From Methanobacteriota archaeon (GTDB lineage: Archaea > Thermoplasmatota > E2 > DHVEG-1): a stretch of DNA of 64,000 nt. The position numbers and the translations under genes were made by a program. This document shows, piece by piece, positions 58,032 through 64,000 of the stretch. Within the stretch, counting starts at the first letter, position 1. Each line of letters begins with the position of its first letter. The stretch is from NCBI GenBank assembly GCA_963769885.1, contig CAVYNH010000006.1, forward strand, positions 160,001-224,000, read 5' to 3'. A model generated the notes under the pieces. That model was not told the origin of the DNA. It worked only from the letters and a program-made list of their open reading frames with translations, and searched no databases.

Positions 58032-59633
58032 ATGGCCGATAGCAGCAGAAAAAAACGTGAGATGGCCATCGGGATGGCCCTTCTTTTATTGCTCGTGAGT
58101 GGAGGGGTTACTTCGGGCTCAGCGACGGCATCGAACCCAGCCGGGGGCCGCGCCATAGCAAAAGGGGGGAGTCCTGGGAGCTTTTTAACCATGTATGACT
58201 TCAATGGGACGACGCCCCCGTCTTCAGGCCAGAGGGCATGCCACCGGTTAGGGGTGCAGCATCCCGGCCGCGGACCGCCGACGTCCGGGCCAGAGCTCGA
58301 CAACCTGACGGAGTTCAGCACACCGGAGTACACCAGTATCTCCCGGCTCGACGGGAACCGGGTAAACACATTTTCTGAAGAGGGGCGGCCGCTCCAGTTT
58401 TTCCAGTTCATGATCAAGGAGAACGTCTCAGAGATCCGGAATCTGAAAATAGCCTGGTACGGACATGCCAGCGACCGCTCCGCCTATCTCTACATCTGGA
58501 ACTTCAAGGATTCTGACTGGGAATTGGTCGGCGTCAACAGGTTCGTGACATCGGATGAGCAAATATCCAAGACCTACATCAGCGACATCTCCGATTACAT
58601 CAACAGCACATGCGGACGTCTGTACCTAGTCGTCATCCCCAAAACCATCGCAATCTTCAGTCAGCGCATTGACACGGATTACGTCCAGGTACTGGTCGGC
58701 AACCCGAGCACAATAACGCTGCAGGACGACGCCTACCACCACCACAACGAGACGACGTATGTAGAATGGTGGTTCTTCCAAGTCATCAACGTCACCCAGG
58801 ACCTCCAATTCTACATCGGCTACTATGTCCTGAACCCACGGAACGGGTTCGCCCTGATCTCCATCGGAGTCTTCGAAAAAAACGAAAGCTACCAGATCCA
58901 GAAGCTGTATCCCTCCTCAGCCTTCCAAGCGTCTCATGAAAGACCGGACGTCAGGCTAGGGGATTCCTCCCTCACCGCCGCAAGCGAGAACACCTTTCTC
59001 GTCAACGGCAGCATCAGAAATATACGGCACAGTATGACCTGGAACCTGGTGTTCGAGCGGACTGCACCTCCGTTTGATTTCCTCGAGTCCGCAGGGGAGA
59101 CGCAGTACCTCTGCTACCTCCCAGGAGCCTGGGTGAATGGGACGATAAAACTAGACAATGTCTCCTATTCGCTGGGCGGGTCCTACGGCTACCATGACCA
59201 CAACTGGGGAGGCGAACCGTACCTCCCCTGCCAGTGGACGTGGGCAGACGCCTGCCGGCCGGAGGACGCCTTCGCGCTCGCCATGGAGCAGGTCGAGCAT
59301 CTCACCTGGCATACACAGAATCTTTTTGTGGCATTCGAAGGTATCGTGACGTCTTTTGAGGACGTCCAGACAACGTACAAGGATTTCCGATTTGACGTCC
59401 ACCGATCGCTGCCGCTGTTCACGTGGTATCCTGTAACCCGGCAAGTCCATGCAGTAAACAAAGAGGGATATGCAATAGATTTCACAGCAGAGGTCCAGAA
59501 GAACATCCCCCTGTACTTCGGATATCCCCGCGTCTTGAACGAACAGATATCCCTGTTCCGAGGATCGTTGTCGAAGGATGGAGCCCCGATCTATACTTTT
59601 AAAGTACTAGGGTTCACTGATTATACGAGTTAA
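58032..59633 (+). CDS. Secreted protein with tocopherol-cyclase/CrtC-like C-terminal domain
   Basis: Signal peptide; YVEWWFF and GYHDHNWG..WTW motifs. Confidence 0.6.
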   Translation: MADSSRKKREMAIGMALLLLLVSGGVTSGSATASNPAGGRAIAKGGSPGSFLTMYDFNGTTPPSSGQRACHRLGVQHPGRGPPTSGPELDNLTEFSTPEYTSISRLDGNRVNTFSEEGRPLQFFQFMIKENVSEIRNLKIAWYGHASDRSAYLYIWNFKDSDWELVGVNRFVTSDEQISKTYISDISDYINSTCGRLYLVVIPKTIAIFSQRIDTDYVQVLVGNPSTITLQDDAYHHHNETTYVEWWFFQVINVTQDLQFYIGYYVLNPRNGFALISIGVFEKNESYQIQKLYPSSAFQASHERPDVRLGDSSLTAASENTFLVNGSIRNIRHSMTWNLVFERTAPPFDFLESAGETQYLCYLPGAWVNGTIKLDNVSYSLGGSYGYHDHNWGGEPYLPCQWTWADACRPEDAFALAMEQVEHLTWHTQNLFVAFEGIVTSFEDVQTTYKDFRFDVHRSLPLFTWYPVTRQVHAVNKEGYAIDFTAEVQKNIPLYFGYPRVLNEQISLFRGSLSKDGAPIYTFKVLGFTDYTS

Positions 59634-59731
59634 TCAAGGATCCGACGTATGATTTTCTCTTTTCTACCGACCTTCGAGTCGGATACGTTCATCATACTAT
59701 AAGCAGGCGAGGAGCAGGATGATACCGATGA

Positions 59732-60154
59732 TTATACCGTAGGTCTGACGATGCCGCAGCTGGGACAACGTTCGTCATGTACGCAGAGGACGCCCCCGCA
59801 CTTTGGGCAGTGCCACCGCACTTCTTCATTCTGGATGAACCGCCTCATGCCATCGCGCTTTATTGCGCTAAGGTTCCGGATCACGCTTTCATGGTACCTC
59901 GTCTGATACCGCTGGTTCAAGTGTTGTAATCGGCCGCAGGGGAATTCCTCGCATTCGAAGCAGAACTGAAATGAATTTTTTCTAAGGTTCTTGCACCGTC
60001 TGATTTTGCATTGCGACCGCGTCTTCGGCTTCTTTTCTCGATCGTCTCGGCAGCCACGACAGGGGTTCTTTTCCCGAAGATAGGCTCGGCAGACGCGGCA
60101 GTCGATTCCGCAGGGAGCGACCAGTCTCGTGGAGAAACTATTTTTTGACGTCAT
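59732..60154 (-). CDS. DUF3795 Cys-rich protein
   Basis: APCGIDCRVC, CRGC, CKIRRC, FCFECEEFPC, C-terminal CPKCGG..CPSC. Confidence 0.82.
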   Translation of the reverse strand: MTSKNSFSTRLVAPCGIDCRVCRAYLREKNPCRGCRDDREKKPKTRSQCKIRRCKNLRKNSFQFCFECEEFPCGRLQHLNQRYQTRYHESVIRNLSAIKRDGMRRFIQNEEVRWHCPKCGGVLCVHDERCPSCGIVRPTV

Positions 60155-61404
60155 GAGTGAATCCTCTTGCTTGGTGGTCGTGATGGCGCACGACTTGGGA
60201 GCAAGACCAGGCGAAGGATCGATATGAGGCGACCACCCATGGCAGTGGGTCATCCCGGGAGAATGTGGCGTAGACGTTATCAGGGCGGTATGCGGAAAAC
60301 CAGTCTTTTATGGAAAGTGTTCCGTGGCGTAGGCCTGAGAGCCCTGAGAGGAGATCCTCAGCCCCGAACACCCAGCGCAGAGAGGCGTCGTCATGCGGAG
60401 TGGAGGCTGGGAGCGGCTTGCCGAGGGCATCGAGGTACGCCAGGTGCGCATGGCTGCAGCCGAGGCGCGCCGGGAAGCTGTTCTGCATCCAGAGCCGCGG
60501 GTTAATCTCGATGAGCTTCATGTGCCCGTCGCGTGGATCTCGACGGAACTCGACATCGACGATCCCATGATATTGTAGGGGATGAAGCAGGGAGGTCGTC
60601 ATCTGCTCGAGCGAAGGCTCCTGGGCCTGTCGAAGGCAGCAGCCGTTGCCGAAATCCAACGGCCATTCCCGGACCCGTTCGTAGACGAAGGCGCCGTGCA
60701 CACCACCGTTCTTGTCGTAGTAGGCGTTGAACCCGTGCATGGCCGCGGCGGTCCCTGGGATAATCTCCTGGGCGATCATGGCATGGCCTTTCTCGGCGGC
60801 CTTGCCGACCTGTTCGATGAACTGCTTTGGGTCGGAGGCGAGGAAGCCCTTGGTGGGAAAATCGAGGCGAAACCGTGTGGGGTACCGGGGCTTGAGGATG
60901 CAGGGGTAGGAAATCTCCTTGCTCGCGACGGTGAGGTCGCTGCCGGGGTCGATAATCAATGTAACGGGGTGGGGAATGTGGTACTGCTCGAGGAGGCGGG
61001 CGAGTGATTGCTTGTCGATGAGGCGGTCAAGGAGTCTCATAGGAAGGTGAGGTGAAGTGGTAGTACGGGGCGAGGTCATCCTGATGTTTAGCCAGGAGGA
61101 GTGCTTCGGTGTCACCCGTGGGGAACAGAACGCCTTTGCAGGGGAGCTGGCGTCCGAGGTCGGCAAGGAACCGGATGTAGGCGTCTGGGGATTTGGTGTG
61201 GTCTGATGCGACCAGGCCGAGGGCGTACTTGGAGTAGAAGGAGGATTGTTTTCGGGCGTCGATGATGAGGGTGGGGAGGTGATGGGGGGCGAGGCTGTGG
61301 ACGACGCCGAGGTTGGAGGTGGAGTAGGCGCCGAGGATGATGGCAGATGGGGTGTGCTCGTCGAAGGTTTGGAGGTAGCGGGCTAGCGGTTGGACAGGCG
61401 TCAT
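60138..61404 (-). CDS. ATP-grasp carboxylate-amine ligase (D-aspartate ligase-like); apparent +1 frameshift at ~61035
   Basis: LFPTGD, DK, YPCILKP, QEIIPG, VEFRRDPRDG..LIEINPR; GAG[A]CTC joins frames. Confidence 0.8.
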
Positions 61405-61532
61405 CCCCTTTTTATAGGGAGGAAACATGAGGGGCAGGGTATTTGAGTCTTTAGGTTCTTGCGAGGCCGTGGATGGTCGAAGGGTGGAAAGGGATAAATA
61501 TCGGGTGCGCCCATCAAACTCGTGGGGCGCGT

Positions 61533-62778
61533 ATGCGGTTGTTGAAGGCTGGGTCGCTCGTCGTGATCGGTGTTCTGCTTGTCTCGGCGTCATCCAGCAT
61601 GGTAGTTTCCTCGACGCCGGGTCTGCTGGGATGCGCGCCTGCCCATGTCATCGAGGGCGTCCCATACATCGCCCAGACCGGCCGGATTTACTGTTACTAC
61701 GCCTGCCTCGCCATGGTCCTCAACTTCATGGGGTTGAACACCTCGCTGGACGAGATTCTGTTTTTCGGCGGTGTGGGCTACGCCCATGCTTGCGATAATG
61801 GCAGCCGGCTCCCAAGTCCAAGGGTGTATTCCACGGACGTGCTCGGGTACTTCGGCGTGCAGGAGAGCCAGTGGTACGCGGGGATCCCCGATCCTCCGTC
61901 CGAGGAGAACTGGACTGCCTTTTGCATTCGGTTCCAGGAGAACATCACGAACGATCGTCCTGTGTTGGTCATCGTGGATCCGTTCTCCCTGCCGTCCCTT
62001 CGGGGGCAGTATGCCGTCGGCGATCGTATCTGGAGCGGCCTGTTTTCCTCTGGCATCCACGTCATCCTTCTCATCGGCTACGACTCAGCGAATGAGAGCG
62101 TCTGCTATCAGGATCCGAACGCGGGCTACTACGGCTCGTCGCGGTTCGGCGACCATGCCTGGATGACCTTCTCTGAACTGAGGACAGCCACTGAAAGCAG
62201 CATCGTCCCCTATTACGAGATTGGGACATTCACCCAAGTGTCCCCGGCACCTCCGCGAGCGGAAGCGGCGGCATTAGCGTTGCAACACAACCACGAGTTG
62301 CTGAACGGCTCCCGGCCGTACAGCGGCATCAATGCAACGAAGCAGCTCTGTCAATGGTACATCTGCTGAGAACAGGTCGGAAACGATTACGCTGTACGGG
62401 CAGCAGGGGGGCCCACGTCAACATGTTCTGCTCGTTCGATTCCTTCACCTGCTGTTGTCGGTCCTACGACCGTTGAAGCCCAACGTCTTCGACCTCCTTT
62501 CTCTTGCGCCTCACGATCCCTTCAAGGAGATTGCGGTGGGGAAGAATCATGTCGCTGACTACCTCGGCGCCGCCACTTTTCTTGCCTGGGGCGCCAATGA
62601 ATCGCGGTTGCTCCGCGACGAGGCACGACTTTGGGAGGACCTGTCGCAGCGCTACGAGGTGTTCCTCCTCGGGGGCGGCTTTGTCCGGGACCCATTATCA
62701 GAAAACATAATGGAGACGATGGAGAATCGGATGCATCAGGTGCTCGAGGCTGAACAGACCATCCTCGACAACGATTAA
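61533..62778 (+). CDS. Secreted papain-fold C39-like/BtrH-like peptidase; apparent +1 frameshift at ~62357
   Basis: VPYIAQ..YCYYACLAM, HVILLIGYD, YQDP; the downstream ORF joins on removal of one base. Confidence 0.65.
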
Positions 62779-62832
62779 GCTCGTTTTTTCTTCCGTAAGA
62801 AAAATGGAAAAATAGAAAAAAAGGGGGGATCG

Positions 62833-63999
62833 TCACTCGAGCTGGACGTTCTTGATGAAGCAGAGCATGATGGACGCGGTCGCGTTGCGTTGGAAGACCT
62901 CGCCCATGGTCTCGAGCCGGACGTTGATCGTCGCTGGGCCGAACCCCAGGATGAACTTCGTCTCGAGCGTGTCACAGTAGTTGACGTTCAGCCGCTGGTT
63001 CTCCGCGGTGGTCTTGCGGCCGAGGAGAACGAGGCCCTTGAGGGTGATGCTCCAGTTCAGGTCGGACACGTTCATCGTCCCGATGTTCTTGATGCCGACC
63101 ATGAGCCGCGTTTTACCTGGTAGGATGCTCGAAATCGTCAGCACGGGGAGTTCATGAATGGCGATGACATGAGGCGCCGTCCATGCTGACTCAGATCCCA
63201 CTTCGTCTTTTGCCTTTGCTCGGATATTATAGGCGCCTTCTATCATCCAGGCGTGGGAGCTGTTGCAGGAGCTTCCGGATTGGTACGGCCCGAGCCATGC
63301 GCTGAGGTTCCCGTCGCCCCAGTCGAACCGGAAGAAGATCGCCTGCCCAGCGGGGTCTGTGGCGCTGGTGGTGAACGTGGCCGGCCGCCCGGTGATTCCT
63401 TCATCGGGCCCCTGGGGGACGCTGACGTTCTCCGGTGGGGGGTCAGAGACCCACAGGGTGATCCGTTCCCCGATGTTGTCGGGGTAATCATCGTACTGGG
63501 GGCTCTCCGTTTGGGTATCATGCTCGACGGCGTAGTCAAAGGCCTCGCGGAAGCTGATGACGCCATCGCTGTTGTTGTCGGCGTTCACGGCGACGCCGTA
63601 GGCGTCCTCCCATTTCATAGCCGCAGTCCAGTGGAACACGTATTCATCATAGTAATACGGGTAGGGCAGCATCGCATACGAAGATTCATCATAGCGGCAG
63701 GCGGAGGATGCGACGACAGGGCCGGGCGGGACAACGACGTTATCGATGAATCCACCCGAGTAGCAGGGCTCGAAGGTGCAGAGGATCTCGACGTTATCGG
63801 GGAACAAGGCGAGGAGTTCAGCGAAATGATCGTCAGAGAGCTCCTCATGGTTCCAGAGGTTCTCATAGGTGCTCAGCCCGCCATCGGTCCCGCCGTGGTC
63901 CGTGGTGAAGATAAAGAGTTTTTCGCCGCCCGAGAAGTTCGCGGCGAGGTTGGTGAAGACAGCGTTCACGGTGGAGAGAAGACAGGCGTACATGATGTC
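62833..63999 (-). CDS. C13/legumain-like clan CD peptidase with PKD and conserved C-terminal domain (5' end outside window)
   Basis: FTTDHGG, FEPCYSGGF, DWGDG PKD, IKNIG..LGFG C-terminal domain. Confidence 0.75.
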   Translation of the reverse strand, partial: DIMYACLLSTVNAVFTNLAANFSGGEKLFIFTTDHGGTDGGLSTYENLWNHEELSDDHFAELLALFPDNVEILCTFEPCYSGGFIDNVVVPPGPVVASSACRYDESSYAMLPYPYYYDEYVFHWTAAMKWEDAYGVAVNADNNSDGVISFREAFDYAVEHDTQTESPQYDDYPDNIGERITLWVSDPPPENVSVPQGPDEGITGRPATFTTSATDPAGQAIFFRFDWGDGNLSAWLGPYQSGSSCNSSHAWMIEGAYNIRAKAKDEVGSESAWTAPHVIAIHELPVLTISSILPGKTRLMVGIKNIGTMNVSDLNWSITLKGLVLLGRKTTAENQRLNVNYCDTLETKFILGFGPATINVRLETMGEVFQRNATASIMLCFIKNVQLE

Positions 64000-64000
64000 G

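Noticed and set aside
62360-62372. TGC TGA as a selenocysteine or read-through site
   Set aside because: The continuation is in a different frame and no SECIS-like element is evident; a +1 indel explains it.

Overview
Archaeal chromosomal segment: archaeal EF-1alpha, uS10, prefoldin beta, archaeal TyrS, CCA-less tRNAs and TATA-like promoters. The many secreted PKD, beta-helix and clan-CD peptidase proteins suggest an anaerobic Thermoplasmatota of the MBG-D/DHVEG-1 (Thermoprofundales-like) type; this placement is inference. The window holds about 60 CDS: DNA repair, tRNA/rRNA modification, an oxidative-stress/OFOR cluster, hypEF-hycI, an nrdR-nrdD(intein)-nrdG-trxB cluster, purB, tyrS, uppS, tuf-rpsJ, sugar activation and exported peptidases. 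It also holds 4 tRNAs. No CRISPR array, transposase or integrase was seen. Main observations: (1) extreme C+A versus G+T strand asymmetry that reverses about every 2-10 kb independently of gene direction, sometimes inside a gene; (2) a candidate stand-alone ~70-nt structured RNA with its own TATA box; (3) seven +1 frameshifts, all at GTAC or AGCT, probably a methylation-driven sequencing artefact, with an orphan N4-C-type methyltransferase in the window; (4) a C-terminal domain shared by unrelated secreted proteins; (5) a LAGLIDADG intein in NrdD; (6) palindromic 102-bp tandem repeats upstream of nrdR; (7) a tRNA-Val att-flanked micro-islet. All calls come from motif recognition by eye; no database searches were run.
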